A DNA stretch of 64,000 nucleotides, from contig PAZF01000009.1 of the NCBI GenBank assembly GCA_002715505.1, positions 4,583 through 68,582 of the forward strand, read 5' to 3'. A program made the translations under genes and the position numbers. The notes under the pieces are model-generated. The model made no database searches. It was not told where the DNA came from and saw only the letters and a program-made list of their open reading frames with translations. Positions within the stretch are counted from its first letter, which is position 1. Each line of letters starts with the position of its first letter. Positions 1-11,699 of the stretch are shown piece after piece. This DNA is from Candidatus Pelagibacterales bacterium (lineage in GTDB: Bacteria; Pseudomonadota; Alphaproteobacteria; TMED109).

Positions 1-212
1 TCTACCTCATACATGCCCTTTAGTTCCTAAGGAAGGGCAAACAATAATAAAAAGAAAAAAAGAGTTTTTTAAAACTATGATTTATTACTTGGGATTACTA
101 GCTTTAATTACTATAGCTGTTTTCCTATCAAATATCATCTATGAGATTATTTATTACAAATTAAATTCTAATTAATACTTTATCTTTTTTACACTAATAC
201 TATTATTAATCT

Positions 213-884
213 ATGTCTACATTTCAAAAAATGAAAGAAAACATGATACAGGGCCAATTTTTACCAGGTTTGGTCAAGGATGAAAACCTTTTAAATATTT
301 TTAGGAAAATAGATAGAGAAACATATCTAGGAAATAATTTTAAGCATATGGCATACAGTGATATTCATATTAGAGTTTCAAATCAAAGATATTTTATTTC
401 TCCATTTAGTTTAGCTAAGATATTAGATAAATCAGAAATTAATTCAAAAGACGTTGTACTACTAGTAGGTTCGGGTTGTGGCTACGAAAGTGCCATAGTT
501 TCTAAAATGGCAAGCACTGTTATGGCTTTGGAAGAAAATATTAATTTTTTTAAACAGGCAGAAACGCATTTAACTAATAATCAAATAGATAATGTAATGA
601 ACATCAATGGAAGTTTTTTAAGAGGTTGTAAAAAATATTCTCCATATGATATTATAATTATTCTTGGTTCTTTAGAAAAACCTAGTGAGGATTTATTAAA
701 TCAACTTTCTGATAATGGAAAATTATTAGTTTGTGAGAACTATGAAGATAATTTAGATGAAAGCAAGCTTTTTATGTATACTAAAATAAAGAAAAAAATT
801 TTAAGAGAGTATGTTTGTGATCTTAACATGCCTAAATTAACTTTTAATATTAAAAAACAGACTACTTTTAATTTAGAAAGTTGA
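213..884 (+). CDS. Pcm-like SAM-dependent methyltransferase (protein-L-isoaspartate O-methyltransferase family)
   Basis: 223-aa ORF with intact methyltransferase motif I (VLLVGSGCGYESAIVS). It sits directly upstream of tolC, as in many alphaproteobacteria. Confidence 0.7.
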   Translation: MSTFQKMKENMIQGQFLPGLVKDENLLNIFRKIDRETYLGNNFKHMAYSDIHIRVSNQRYFISPFSLAKILDKSEINSKDVVLLVGSGCGYESAIVSKMASTVMALEENINFFKQAETHLTNNQIDNVMNINGSFLRGCKKYSPYDIIIILGSLEKPSEDLLNQLSDNGKLLVCENYEDNLDESKLFMYTKIKKKILREYVCDLNMPKLTFNIKKQTTFNLES

Positions 885-885
885 T

Positions 886-2259
886 ATGGAAGTTAATTTT
901 AAGAGAATACAGTTGATAAAAATATTATTATTTATTTTGAGTCTATTTTATAGTTTTGAAACATTTTCTACCACTATAAATCAAGCTATGGCTGAAGCTT
1001 ACAAAAATAGTCCAGAAATACTTGCTTTACGATCAAAATTAAAAGCAAGTAATCAGGAAATATCAAAGATATTAGGAGAAAATAGACCTAAAATAAATCT
1101 AGATACCCGCTTAGGTTATGATAGAACGGATACTATTAATACTTCTAGCGTAGAAAAAACACAATACAATAATCCTAGATCTTTATCACTTGATGTCACC
1201 CAAAATATTTACGATTCAGGAAAAAAATCGCATAATTTAGAAAAAAAAGAAGCAGAAATTTTTTCTAACAGAGCTGATTTGTTCTCTATAGAGCAAAAAG
1301 TATTACTAGAAACAGCTAAAACCTATTTAAAGTTATTTGAAGCTATTGAATTAAACAAATTAGCTAAAAATAATTACCAAGTATTACAACAACATTTAGA
1401 AGCAACTAAAAGTCGTTTTGAAGTTGGTGAGGTAACTATCACTGATTTATCACAGGCTCAGGCTAGGGCAATGAAAGCTAATGCCAACGAAATAAAGACT
1501 AGAGGTGAAATTGAAATAGAAAAGTCTAACTACTTTTCCTTGGTAGGTAAAGATGCTCCGAAAATATTGAGTTTTCCCAAAAAGAATTATTTTTTACCAC
1601 AATCTTTGAAAGAAATAATAGAAATTGCTATTAAAAATAATCCCAAAATTATATCTTTCGGATTAAGAAAAAAAGCTTCTTTTCATGATATATCACTGAG
1701 TGTTACTGATTTGTTACCTAAACTTGATTTAAATATAAGTGCTCAAAAAGCTTGGGATCCCAATACATTTTTTAATGAATATCAAAACTTTAAATTAGAC
1801 CTAAGTTTAAAAGTTCCTCTTTACAATGGAGGTGTAAATTATGCAAATGTTAGACAGAAAAGATATACTGCTCTAGAAAAATCCCAACTGTTAGATAATG
1901 AAATTAAAAAGCTAGTAAGAGAAATAGAAATAACTTGGTTTTCTTTAAGAACCTATAAAACTCAAGTAAAAGCTATACAAGCATCAATTGAAGCTTCGAA
2001 TACAGCATTAAAAGGAGTAAAAGAAGAAGCTAGCGTAGGAACTAGAACCACTCTAGATGTATTGGATGCTGAACAAGAAGCCTTACAAGAGGCTATAGAA
2101 CTTATTATAATTAAAAATAATATTCTTAGTTCTACTTACGATCTTTTAGAAAAAATGGGTAGATTGTCGCCAGAGAAACTTAAGTTAAATACAGCTACAC
2201 TTAATTATGAGAAAGATTACGAAGCTGTAAAAAAAATATGGCTAGGGTTTGAAGGATAG
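886..2259 (+). CDS. tolC: TolC-family outer membrane efflux protein
   Basis: 457-aa ORF with an N-terminal hydrophobic signal-like segment and a two-repeat TolC-type architecture. It starts 1 nt after the upstream gene. Confidence 0.85.
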   Translation: MEVNFKRIQLIKILLFILSLFYSFETFSTTINQAMAEAYKNSPEILALRSKLKASNQEISKILGENRPKINLDTRLGYDRTDTINTSSVEKTQYNNPRSLSLDVTQNIYDSGKKSHNLEKKEAEIFSNRADLFSIEQKVLLETAKTYLKLFEAIELNKLAKNNYQVLQQHLEATKSRFEVGEVTITDLSQAQARAMKANANEIKTRGEIEIEKSNYFSLVGKDAPKILSFPKKNYFLPQSLKEIIEIAIKNNPKIISFGLRKKASFHDISLSVTDLLPKLDLNISAQKAWDPNTFFNEYQNFKLDLSLKVPLYNGGVNYANVRQKRYTALEKSQLLDNEIKKLVREIEITWFSLRTYKTQVKAIQASIEASNTALKGVKEEASVGTRTTLDVLDAEQEALQEAIELIIIKNNILSSTYDLLEKMGRLSPEKLKLNTATLNYEKDYEAVKKIWLGFEG

Positions 2260-2283
2260 AAATAATTAAGTTATATTATATTA

Positions 2284-2718
2284 ATGAAAAATGATAAAGA
2301 TATAAATAGTTCTCTTTCAGAAATTAAGAAAGTATTAATAGACGAGAGTGAAACTTCAAAAAATAAAACAGAAAAGAATGATATTTTTTTGCTAGAAGAT
2401 GTTGTAAAAAAAGTTGAATTAAATAAAAAGCTAAATAAAGAAAAAATAGATGAAAAATCTATTATTAATATATCAGAAAATAAAAGTAAAAAAATTAACC
2501 TCATTAAAAAAAGTAAAATTAAAAAGGAAAAAATTACTAACCTTAAAAAGGTTAATAAGAAAAGTAATCCAGTAGAAAATGTTATTAATAAGGAAATAAA
2601 ACCTATAATTCAAAACTGGATTAAGAATAACTTGAGAGTATTTGTTAAAAAAGTTGTATTAGAAGAATTTAAAGCTATTTCAAAGTCAGCATTTAAAAAA
2701 AAGTCTGTAAGTAAATAA
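2284..2718 (+). CDS. Lys-rich DUF2497/PopZ-like protein
   Basis: 144-aa ORF with a low-complexity K/E/N-rich body and a conserved-looking C-terminal helix (PIIQNWIKNNLRVFVKKVVLEEFKAISK). Its position between tolC and valS matches popZ in Caulobacter. Confidence 0.55.
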   Translation: MKNDKDINSSLSEIKKVLIDESETSKNKTEKNDIFLLEDVVKKVELNKKLNKEKIDEKSIINISENKSKKINLIKKSKIKKEKITNLKKVNKKSNPVENVINKEIKPIIQNWIKNNLRVFVKKVVLEEFKAISKSAFKKKSVSK

Positions 2719-2722
2719 ATTA

Positions 2723-5404
2723 ATGAAAAAAAGTAAATTGAAAAACTTCAATCATTTGGAGTCAGAAAAAAAAATCTATACTGAATGGGAAAATAGAAAT
2801 TTATTTTCTAGTAAACTAAAACAAAAAAAAAATAATTTTTCAATTATTATGCCTCCACCTAATGTAACAGGAAACCTTCACATTGGGCATGCTCTAAATA
2901 TGACTATACAGGATATATTATGCAGGTTTTGGAGAATGAAAGGAAAAAACGTATTGTGGCAGCCAGGAACTGATCATGCAGGAATAGCTACTCAAAATGT
3001 TGTAGAAAAATACTTACGTAAAAATGAAAATTTAGACAAAAATAAACTAGGTAAAGAGAAATTCATGTCTAAAATTTGGGAATGGAAAAGCAATTCAGGC
3101 GAAAAAATAATTAACCAGATTAAGAGGCTTGGGGCCTCTCCAGACTGGAAGCGTATAAAATTTACTTTGGATAAAGATGTAAGTCAAGCGGTAAATATTG
3201 TGTTTACTAAGTTCTACAATAAAGGGTTAATCTACAAGGATAAAAGGTTAGTAAATTGGGACACTAAGCTTCAAACTGCCATCTCTGATTTAGAGGTGGA
3301 ACAAAGGAGTCAAAATGGAGAATTTGTTTACATAAAATATTTTTTAGAAAATTCAAAAAGTTTTATAACAGTTGCTACAACTAGACCTGAAACTTTATTT
3401 GGTGATTGTTGTATAGCGGTAAATCCTAAAGATAAAAGGTATAAAAAATTTATAGGAAAAAAAGTAAATATACCCTTAACAAATAAATTTATTCCAATAA
3501 TTCCAGACTCTTATGTTGATACTAAAAAGGGAAGTGGTGCCTTAAAAATAACACCTGCACATGACTTCAATGATTTTAAAATCGGAAAAAAATTAAAAAT
3601 AAGCTTTTTCGAAATTTTTGATAAATATGGAAAATTTAACGAAAATGTTCCATTTAATTATCAAGGTTTAGATAGATTAAAAGCTAGAAGTAAAATTATT
3701 TCTGATTTAAAATTAAGAGGAAATTTAAAGAAAATAGAAAAGATTACGCATACAGTGCCATATGGTGATAGGTCAGGTTCTGTAATTGAGCCTTATTTAA
3801 CCGAACAATGGTTTTTAGATGTTAAAGAATTAGCCAAACAGGCTAACAAAAGAGTCAAAAATAAGGAAACAGAGTTTTATCCAAAGAGCTGGACAAAAGT
3901 TTTTTTTTCATGGATGAACCAAATAGAACCATGGTGTATATCTAGACAAATATGGTGGGGTCATCAGCTGCCTGTATGGTATGGTCCTGATAAAAAGATA
4001 TTTGTATGTGAAAACAGAAGGATTGCATCTGAGTTATCAAAAAAATATTATAAAAAGAAAATTACATTGACTCAAGAAACTGATGTTTTAGATACTTGGT
4101 TTTCATCAGCTTTATGGCCTATTACAACTTTAGGATGGCCTAAGGCAACTAAAGAATTTAAACATTACTTTCCTACTGATGTTTTGGTAACAGGATTTGA
4201 TATAATATTTTTTTGGGTATCTAGAATGATGATGCAAAGCATTTACTTTACAAAAAAAGTTCCTTTTAAAAAAGTTTACATACACCCACTAATAAGAGAT
4301 CAGTATGGTCAAAAAATGTCAAAATCTAAGGGCAATATTATTGACCCTTTGGAATTAATAGATAAATATGGTGCTGATCCACTTAGATTAACCCTGGCAT
4401 CATTGGCAGCTCAAGGAAAAGATATTAAATTATCAGAAGATGCAGTTAAACTTAATAGAAACTTTGTTACCAAAATTTGGAATTCTTATAAATTTTTAGA
4501 AATGAATAATAGCATCTTAAATAAAAAATTAAATATTGAAAAAGTAGAAATGGATATAAATGTTTGGATAATTAAGAACCTAAATGATTTCATTGCATCA
4601 GTAGAAGATTGTATTAGAAAATTTAGATTTAATGATGCTGTAAAAGAAATTTATACATTTACTAAAAATATATATTGTGACCATTACATTGAAGCCATAA
4701 AAATTTTACTAAAAGAATTAAAAGATAATAACAAAACCAATGAAATTAAAAGAGTTTCTTCTTATTGCTTTGGTATTATTTTAAAGATATCTCATCCATT
4801 TATACCATTTGTAAGTGATGAAATTTATGTTAACTGTATGCAAAATAAACTTTATTTAGATGAAGAGAAGTGGCCAAATAAAATATCATTTAAATATAAA
4901 AAATCATCTATTCAAAAAATTACATTTGCATTAGGTCTTGTATCTAAAATTAGAAATATAAGATCGGCTCTTAAAATAGAACCAAAAAATATTTTGATAT
5001 TAATGGTAAATAAAAAGTTAGCATCTAAAAATATTTCTTCTGAAATAGAGCTTATGATAAATAGACTAGCTAGAACTAAAATTAGTTTTCAAGAATTAAA
5101 TAAAAAAACTAAAAATAATTATTCAAAATTTTTATATAAAAATAATTCATTTTATATTTTCTATAATAACAAAGATATTTCTAGTGATAATAATCAAAAA
5201 GACTTTTCTTTTTTAAATAAGGAATTAATAATGTATGAAGAGGAAATTAAAAGAATAGAAAAAAAATTAGAAAATAAAAATTTTATAGATAAGGCGCCAA
5301 AAAAAATTGTTGATGAAAATAAATATAAATTGGATAAGTTTTATAAAGGAAAGAAAAAAGTGTTACTGGAAATAAACTCGCTATCTAGAAAGGATAGATT
5401 ATGA
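2723..5404 (+). CDS. valS: Valyl-tRNA synthetase
   Basis: 893-aa ORF with the class I HIGH motif ([13 protein letters not shown]), the KMSKS motif and a C-terminal coiled coil. Confidence 0.97.
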   Translation: MKKSKLKNFNHLESEKKIYTEWENRNLFSSKLKQKKNNFSIIMPPPNVTGNLHIGHALNMTIQDILCRFWRMKGKNVLWQPGTDHAGIATQNVVEKYLRKNENLDKNKLGKEKFMSKIWEWKSNSGEKIINQIKRLGASPDWKRIKFTLDKDVSQAVNIVFTKFYNKGLIYKDKRLVNWDTKLQTAISDLEVEQRSQNGEFVYIKYFLENSKSFITVATTRPETLFGDCCIAVNPKDKRYKKFIGKKVNIPLTNKFIPIIPDSYVDTKKGSGALKITPAHDFNDFKIGKKLKISFFEIFDKYGKFNENVPFNYQGLDRLKARSKIISDLKLRGNLKKIEKITHTVPYGDRSGSVIEPYLTEQWFLDVKELAKQANKRVKNKETEFYPKSWTKVFFSWMNQIEPWCISRQIWWGHQLPVWYGPDKKIFVCENRRIASELSKKYYKKKITLTQETDVLDTWFSSALWPITTLGWPKATKEFKHYFPTDVLVTGFDIIFFWVSRMMMQSIYFTKKVPFKKVYIHPLIRDQYGQKMSKSKGNIIDPLELIDKYGADPLRLTLASLAAQGKDIKLSEDAVKLNRNFVTKIWNSYKFLEMNNSILNKKLNIEKVEMDINVWIIKNLNDFIASVEDCIRKFRFNDAVKEIYTFTKNIYCDHYIEAIKILLKELKDNNKTNEIKRVSSYCFGIILKISHPFIPFVSDEIYVNCMQNKLYLDEEKWPNKISFKYKKSSIQKITFALGLVSKIRNIRSALKIEPKNILILMVNKKLASKNISSEIELMINRLARTKISFQELNKKTKNNYSKFLYKNNSFYIFYNNKDISSDNNQKDFSFLNKELIMYEEEIKRIEKKLENKNFIDKAPKKIVDENKYKLDKFYKGKKKVLLEINSLSRKDRL

Positions 5405-7119
5405 CAAAAATAGATAAGTCTAATTTGCCAAGCAGGCACACAAGTGTAGGAGCTAGCAGTGCTCCTCATAGATCTTACTATTATGCTATGGGTATGACTA
5501 AAGAAGAGATTGCGCAGCCATTTGTAGGAGTTGTATCTACTTGGAATGAGTCTGCCCCGTGCAACATAACGCTCAGGAGACAAGCTCAGTCAGTTAAAAA
5601 AGGAGTAGCAGATGCTAAAGGAACTCCTAGAGAATTTACTACTATAACTGTTACAGATGGAATTGCAATGGGGCATCAAGGAATGAAAGCTTCTTTAGCT
5701 AGTAGAGAAACTATCGCAGATAGTATAGAACTTAGTATAAGAGGACATTCTTATGATGGTTTAGTAGGCCTAGCAGGTTGTGATAAGGCTTTGCCTGGAG
5801 TTATGATGGCAATGTTAAGACTCAATATTCCTTCAGTTTTTATATACGGAGGGTCAATCTTGCCGGGGAGACATAAAGGAAAAAATATCACAGTTCAAGA
5901 TGTTTTTGAAGCAGTTGGTAATTACAGTGGTGGAGTAATAAATAAAGACGAGTTGGAGGAAATTGAAAAAGTAGCTTGTCCCAGTGCAGGAAGTTGCGGA
6001 GGTCAATTTACTGCTAATACTATGGCTTGTGTATCCGAAGCATTAGGGCTAGCTATTCCAAATTCAACCATGGCTCCTGCCCCTTATGAAAGTAGAGATG
6101 AATATGCGTATGAAGCAGGTAGGACTGTAATGCAGTTATTATCAAATAATATTAGGCCTAGAGATGTAGTAACAAAAGAGTCCTTAGAAAATGCTGCTAG
6201 AGTTGTAGCTGCATCAGGAGGATCAACAAATGCTGCTTTACATTTACCAGCAATAGCTCATGAGGCTGGTATAAAGTTTGATTTATTTGATGTAGCAGAT
6301 ATTTTCAAATCAACACCTTATATAGCAGATCTAAAACCAGGAGGAAATTACGTTGCCAAAGATTTATATGAAGTGGGAGGCGTACCCGTATTATTAAAGG
6401 CTCTTTTAGATGGAGGATTTCTTAATTCCAATTGCTTAACCGTGACAGGAAAGACGCTTAAGGAAAATTTAATTTCTATAAAGTTTCCAAAAGATCAAAA
6501 AGTAATTAGATCTACTAAAAACCCAATATCACCTACAGGGGGAGTAGTAGGGCTAAAAGGTAACTTAGCTCCTGAGGGTGCCATAGTAAAGGTAGCAGGT
6601 ATGAGTAAATTAGTTCACAAAGGACCAGCAAGAGTTTTTGATACAGAAGAAGAAGCTTATAAAGCGGTTGAAAATAAGGAATATACGGAGGGAGATGTAT
6701 TAGTTATTAGATATGAAGGTCCTAAGGGAGGACCAGGAATGAGAGAAATGCTTGCTACTACTTCAGCTATATACGGGCAAGGTATGGGTGATAAAGTTGC
6801 ATTAATTACTGATGGTAGGTTCTCTGGAGCCACAAGAGGATTTTGTATTGGACATGTAGGTCCAGAGGCAGCAGTTGGGGGTCCAATAGCACTAATTAAA
6901 AACGGAGATATAATTTCTATTGACGCTGAAAAAGGTAAATTAGAAGTAAATATTTCAGAAAAAGAGTTTAAGTCTAGAAAAAAAAATTGGAAACCAAAAA
7001 AAAATTCTTATCAATCAGGAGATTTATGGAAATATTCTCAGCTAGTTGGTCCTGCTATAAATGGAGCAGTGACTCATCCTGGAGCAGAGAAAGAAGAATT
7101 TTGTTATGCTGATATATAA
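5401..7119 (+). CDS. ilvD: Dihydroxy-acid dehydratase
   Basis: 572-aa ORF with IlvD/Edd family signatures ([17 protein letters not shown]-like [13 protein letters not shown]). ATGA overlap with valS. Confidence 0.97.
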   Translation: MTKIDKSNLPSRHTSVGASSAPHRSYYYAMGMTKEEIAQPFVGVVSTWNESAPCNITLRRQAQSVKKGVADAKGTPREFTTITVTDGIAMGHQGMKASLASRETIADSIELSIRGHSYDGLVGLAGCDKALPGVMMAMLRLNIPSVFIYGGSILPGRHKGKNITVQDVFEAVGNYSGGVINKDELEEIEKVACPSAGSCGGQFTANTMACVSEALGLAIPNSTMAPAPYESRDEYAYEAGRTVMQLLSNNIRPRDVVTKESLENAARVVAASGGSTNAALHLPAIAHEAGIKFDLFDVADIFKSTPYIADLKPGGNYVAKDLYEVGGVPVLLKALLDGGFLNSNCLTVTGKTLKENLISIKFPKDQKVIRSTKNPISPTGGVVGLKGNLAPEGAIVKVAGMSKLVHKGPARVFDTEEEAYKAVENKEYTEGDVLVIRYEGPKGGPGMREMLATTSAIYGQGMGDKVALITDGRFSGATRGFCIGHVGPEAAVGGPIALIKNGDIISIDAEKGKLEVNISEKEFKSRKKNWKPKKNSYQSGDLWKYSQLVGPAINGAVTHPGAEKEEFCYADI

Positions 7120-7124
7120 ATTAG

Positions 7125-7616
7125 TTAAAAAGTAATTAATATTTTTTCGTTTTTTGATAACTTACTTATCATAATAATTAAATCTCTTTTTCTTAAAGCA
7201 ATACAACCTTTAGTAGGTATAAAATTGTTTTTGGCTACATGAATAAATATCGCACTACCTTTTTTTGGAACAATAGGATTCATATTGTAATTTATAACCA
7301 AAATAATGTCATATATATTGTCACTTCTAAAAAGTTTTTCATTAGAGTTTAATTTATTAAATGATAATTTATTATAATTTTTGCTGTTTGGATTATCTTC
7401 CCAATACATATTTTTTGTAATAGGAAATGCTCTTATTTTAGTTTTAAGTTTTAGTATTTTATCTTTTCTAAAATATATAGGCCCTAAACTAAACTTTCCA
7501 GTAGGTGTGCAGCAGTCTCCTTCTTTTTTAAAACGCTTTATCCCATTTCTTCCTATAGAACACCTGTACTTATTATATCCATGCAAAAGAAAGTAATTTC
7601 TTTTTAAAATTAGCAT
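7125..7616 (-). CDS. L,D-transpeptidase (YkuD) family protein
   Basis: 163-aa ORF with the YkuD catalytic His/Cys region (IFIHVAKNNFIPTKGCIALR). Confidence 0.75.
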   Translation of the reverse strand: MLILKRNYFLLHGYNKYRCSIGRNGIKRFKKEGDCCTPTGKFSLGPIYFRKDKILKLKTKIRAFPITKNMYWEDNPNSKNYNKLSFNKLNSNEKLFRSDNIYDIILVINYNMNPIVPKKGSAIFIHVAKNNFIPTKGCIALRKRDLIIMISKLSKNEKILITF

Positions 7617-7619
7617 TTT

Positions 7620-8405
7620 TTAAAATCTAAAATTAGCAATAATAGGAGCATGGTCAGAAGTTTTTTTTTGTTTTCTTGGAATTTCATCCACATAAGTGCT
7701 TTCTAAAGTATCTAAGGCATATGAAGATAGTAAAAAATGGTCTATTCTAACTCCCAAATTATTTTGATATGCTTGTCCATAATCCCAGTAAGTAAAGCCA
7801 TTTAAATTATCATTCAACTCCCTAAAGGCATCAAAAAATCCAATATTACAAATTTTTCTATATAAATTTTTAGATTCAGCTTGATAGATTGCATCACCTA
7901 ATATCATATTCTCATTTGCAACATCTTTCTTTGAAGGACAAATGTTGTAATCTCCTGCAAGAATAATTTTTTCTTCATTTTCTAGAAGGTTTTTTGCATG
8001 TTTATAAAAACTATTTAACCATTGTAGTTTATAATTAAACTTATCTGTATTGATTGGGTTTCCGTTTGGAGCATATACTGAAGCTACTCTAAATCCACTG
8101 TCTTGGCAATCTATCCAGGCTTCTATATATCTAGATTGTGTATCCTGAAAAGTAGGTAGATTTATCTCTATATCTGAACATGGAAATTTAGAAAGAATTG
8201 CAACTCCATTGTAAGATTTTTGACCATTAACTTTTATATTATAATTAAAACTATCAAAAGCATCATATGGAAAATCTTCTTCTCTCGCTTTCAATTCTTG
8301 TAATAAGAGTACATCTGGTTTATTTTCTTTAATCCAATTTATCAATAAATCAATTCTAGCTCTTACAGAGTTAACATTCCAAGAAGCCACCTTAATGTTA
8401 TTCAT
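7620..8405 (-). CDS. xthA: Exodeoxyribonuclease III
   Basis: The ORF track gives 7620..8432. The internal ATG at 8405 (MNNIKVASWNVNS) matches the usual Xth N-terminus and forms an ATGA overlap with erpA. EEP nuclease motifs are present (LQELK, SDHAPI). Confidence 0.9.
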   Translation of the reverse strand: MNNIKVASWNVNSVRARIDLLINWIKENKPDVLLLQELKAREEDFPYDAFDSFNYNIKVNGQKSYNGVAILSKFPCSDIEINLPTFQDTQSRYIEAWIDCQDSGFRVASVYAPNGNPINTDKFNYKLQWLNSFYKHAKNLLENEEKIILAGDYNICPSKKDVANENMILGDAIYQAESKNLYRKICNIGFFDAFRELNDNLNGFTYWDYGQAYQNNLGVRIDHFLLSSYALDTLESTYVDEIPRKQKKTSDHAPIIANFRF

Positions 8406-8761
8406 ATAGAAAAAGAGGAGCCACAGCCACATTTAGCTTTAGCTAAAGGGTTTTCTATTACAAACTGAGAGTTTGAAAGTGTTTCTTTCCAATCAATTAG
8501 TGAGTTTTGAATATATTCAATGGAAATTAAATCTGTTACAAAGATTGTTCTTTTGTTATTGTCTGCTAATTTGACATCATTTTTATTATCATAATGATCG
8601 TCAATAGTAAAATTGTAAGAGAAGCCGGAGCAACCTCCACTATCAACACTAAGCCTTACAAAAGATCCTTTTTTTTCATTTGATAAAATCTTTGTCATTT
8701 GGTGCTGAGCTGAGTCAGAAACTTTAAGTTTTTTATTATTTATATTATCGATTTTATCCAT
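8402..8761 (-). CDS. erpA: Iron-sulfur cluster insertion protein, HesB/IscA/ErpA family
   Basis: 119-aa ORF with the A-type carrier cysteines (GGCSGF ... CGCGSSF). Confidence 0.85.
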   Translation of the reverse strand: MDKIDNINNKKLKVSDSAQHQMTKILSNEKKGSFVRLSVDSGGCSGFSYNFTIDDHYDNKNDVKLADNNKRTIFVTDLISIEYIQNSLIDWKETLSNSQFVIENPLAKAKCGCGSSFSI

Positions 8762-8796
8762 ATTAAATTATATAATATTTTACAGGAATAATTACA

Positions 8797-9969
8797 ATGT
8801 TTAAAAAAAATTTAGCAATATTTTCTAGTAAAAGCTCGCAGTCAAAAGGAAGATTGTTTAAAGAGAACGAAGACAAAAATAGATCTATTTATCAAAGAGA
8901 TAGAGATAGGATAATTCACTCTGCAGCATTTCGTAGATTAGAACACAAAACTCAAGTATTTGTTCATCACGAGGGAGATCATTACAGATCTAGGTTAACT
9001 CATACTATAGAAGTAAGTCAAATTGCTAGAACAATCTCTAGATCTTTAGCAATTGATGAGGATTTAGCTGAAGCAATATCCTTAGCACATGACCTAGGGC
9101 ATACGCCATTTGGTCATGCAGGTGAAGAAGCATTAAACATTTCTATGAAAAGTCACGGAGGATTTGATCATAACGCGCATACATTAAGAATAATAACTTA
9201 TTTGGAAAAAAAATACAGAAACTTTGATGGATTAAACTTAAGTTGGGAAACTTTAGAAGGTATTGTAAAGCACAATGGTCCATTCAAAAAAAGAAATATT
9301 CCTTTTGCGATATCTGAATATATTAATAATGGAATGGATTTACAATTACATACTTGGTGTGGACCGGAAGCACAAGTTGCTTCTCTATCTGATGATATTG
9401 CTTACTTTAGCCATGATTTAGAAGATGGAATAAGGGCAAAATTTTTCAGCGTAGAAAATATATTAGAAGAGTTCAAGATTTTAGAAAATTTTAAAAAAAA
9501 ATTTAAAAGTGATTTTTATAGAATAGATGAAAAGAGAATTGTAAATGAAATTAAAAGATACATTATATCTAATATGATTGACGATCTTATAATCGAAACA
9601 AAGAAAAATATCTCACTTATCAAACCTAAATCTGCAAATGATATCAGAAAAATGAAAAAGCCTTTAATTACTTTTTCAAAAAAAATTAATTCTGATATTA
9701 ATGAAATAAGAAATTTTTTAATGAATAAAATGTATAGGCATTGGAAAATAAATATTATGACTACGAAAGCTAAGCGTATAGTTTCAGATTTATTTAAAAT
9801 CTACTATGACGAAACAGACCTTCTTCCATTTGAATGGAATTTGGTTTTGACAAAGTCTCATAAGAAAAATAAAGCCAGAATAATATCAGATTATATTGCA
9901 GGCATGACAGATAGATTTGCTATAAGGGAGCACCAAAAACTTTTTGATATTACAAAAGGCTGGTATTAA
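8797..9969 (+). CDS. dgt: dGTP triphosphohydrolase-like HD-domain protein
   Basis: 390-aa ORF with the HD domain (RLTHTIEVSQIAR, AHDLGHTPFGH) and the typical Dgt N-terminus (YQRDRDRIIHSAAFRRL). Confidence 0.85.
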   Translation: MFKKNLAIFSSKSSQSKGRLFKENEDKNRSIYQRDRDRIIHSAAFRRLEHKTQVFVHHEGDHYRSRLTHTIEVSQIARTISRSLAIDEDLAEAISLAHDLGHTPFGHAGEEALNISMKSHGGFDHNAHTLRIITYLEKKYRNFDGLNLSWETLEGIVKHNGPFKKRNIPFAISEYINNGMDLQLHTWCGPEAQVASLSDDIAYFSHDLEDGIRAKFFSVENILEEFKILENFKKKFKSDFYRIDEKRIVNEIKRYIISNMIDDLIIETKKNISLIKPKSANDIRKMKKPLITFSKKINSDINEIRNFLMNKMYRHWKINIMTTKAKRIVSDLFKIYYDETDLLPFEWNLVLTKSHKKNKARIISDYIAGMTDRFAIREHQKLFDITKGWY

Positions 9970-9970
9970 A

Positions 9971-11683
9971 ATGAATATTTATAAAAGCACAAAAAAAATT
10001 ATTTTAAACATCCTTCACGATAACTTTAAGAACCTTAATAAAGAAATTGACATAAAGATTACCTGTGAACAACCTAAAAAACAAAAGTTTGGTGATGTAT
10101 CCACGAATGTAATTCTGGTGGTAAGTAAAATGTTCAATATTGAAAAAAAAGTGCTTTCTGAAGTTTTAATTAAAAATATTTTAAAGAATAAAATATTTAA
10201 AAAAGTAAACTATGTAGATCCTGGTTTTTTAAATATAAATTTTTCTAATCCTTTCTGGTCAGATTTTTTTAAAAAAATATATTTGAATAAGCTAAATTAT
10301 GGTTTTAGTAATATAGGTAAAAATAAAAAAATTAATATTGAGTTTTTATCTGCTAACCCCACCGGTCCTCTGCATATTGGTCATTTAAGAGGGGCTATAT
10401 TTGGTGATGTTTTAGCTAAATTATTATCTAAAAATGGTTTTAATGTTACAAAAGAATACTATGTTAATGATTTAGGTGTTCAAGTAGATAACTTAGCTTT
10501 TACTATAGATCACCACATTAGTAATTTTACAAATAAAAAGGATATAACCTTATCAGAAAAAATGTATAAAGGAGAGTATCTTAAAAAAATTGCTTATGAC
10601 TTTTTCCAAAATCCTCCTTTCGATTATAAAAACTTTGAAAAACTTAAGGAATATGCAGTTAATAGCAATATGGAACTGATAAAAAAAGATTTAGATAGTA
10701 TTGGAGTTTCTTTCAACAAATATATTTCAGAAAAAAATAATCATAAAATGGGTTTGTTGCAAGAAGTAATAGAAAAGTTAGAGAAAAATAATGATATTTA
10801 TTTTGGATCCTTAGAAAAACCTAAAAGTAAAAATGAATTAGGATGGAAACCTATTAAACAACTTTTATTTAGATCGTCAAAGTATGGTGATAAATCAGAC
10901 AGAGTAGTAAAAAAAAGTAATGGAGATTGGACATATTTTGCTTCTGACATAGCATATCATTACAATAAGGTGAGCAGAGGCTATGATGAGATAATAAATA
11001 TTTGGGGAGCAGATCATGCTGGATACATAGACAGAGTCAAAGCATCTTTAAATGCTCTAGGATATCAAAATACAGTTTTCACTGTAAAGCTTTGCCAAAT
11101 AGTAAATCTGATAGATAAGAAAAAAGTTATAAAAATGTCAAAAAGATCAGGAAATTTTGTTCTTGTGAGTGAAATCTTACCAAAAATAGGAAAGGATGTT
11201 CTTAGGTTTTTTATGTTAACAAGGAAAAATGATGCACATTTAGACTTTGATTTAGAGAAATGTCTAAACGAAACTAATGAAAATCCAAGTTTTTACGTTC
11301 AATATGCATATGCAAGAATAAGTTCACTAAAAAAAATTGCTAAACAAAAGAATATTAAATTTGACGAAAGTCATTTGCCAAGTATTAAAAAACTAGTTTC
11401 TAATGAAGAATTAAATATAATTCGGGAAATATCTTTATGGCCAAAAATTATTGAGTCCTCAGTTGCTTTTAAAGAGCCTCATAGAATAGTCTATTATTTA
11501 ATAGAACTATCTGGCAAATTTCATGCATATTGGAGTTTGGGAAAAAGTAATAGTAATTTTAAAATTCTATCAGAAGACAACTCTGAATTAACACAAGCTA
11601 GATTATTACTTTTAGAAATGGTACAAAGTGTAATTAGAAATGGATTAGAAATTTTGACTGTAAGTGTGAAAGAAAAAATGTAA
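9971..11683 (+). CDS. argS: Arginyl-tRNA synthetase
   Basis: The ORF track starts at 9944; the ATG at 9971 lies just after the dgt stop. HIGH motif (ANPTGPLHIGHLRG) and class I ArgRS anticodon-binding C-terminus. Confidence 0.95.
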   Translation: MNIYKSTKKIILNILHDNFKNLNKEIDIKITCEQPKKQKFGDVSTNVILVVSKMFNIEKKVLSEVLIKNILKNKIFKKVNYVDPGFLNINFSNPFWSDFFKKIYLNKLNYGFSNIGKNKKINIEFLSANPTGPLHIGHLRGAIFGDVLAKLLSKNGFNVTKEYYVNDLGVQVDNLAFTIDHHISNFTNKKDITLSEKMYKGEYLKKIAYDFFQNPPFDYKNFEKLKEYAVNSNMELIKKDLDSIGVSFNKYISEKNNHKMGLLQEVIEKLEKNNDIYFGSLEKPKSKNELGWKPIKQLLFRSSKYGDKSDRVVKKSNGDWTYFASDIAYHYNKVSRGYDEIINIWGADHAGYIDRVKASLNALGYQNTVFTVKLCQIVNLIDKKKVIKMSKRSGNFVLVSEILPKIGKDVLRFFMLTRKNDAHLDFDLEKCLNETNENPSFYVQYAYARISSLKKIAKQKNIKFDESHLPSIKKLVSNEELNIIREISLWPKIIESSVAFKEPHRIVYYLIELSGKFHAYWSLGKSNSNFKILSEDNSELTQARLLLLEMVQSVIRNGLEILTVSVKEKM

Positions 11684-11699
11684 ATAAATAGGTGAAATT

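Noticed and set aside
5401-7119. Horizontal transfer of the visibly GC-richer genes (ilvD; also fdsA, the OFA transporter and the cyclase-family gene).
   Set aside because: These are highly conserved enzymes or membrane proteins whose amino-acid composition (Gly/Ala/Pro-rich) raises GC. They are embedded with ATGA-type overlaps or tight spacing in conserved operons, and no mobility signatures flank them. The composition by eye is not decisive.
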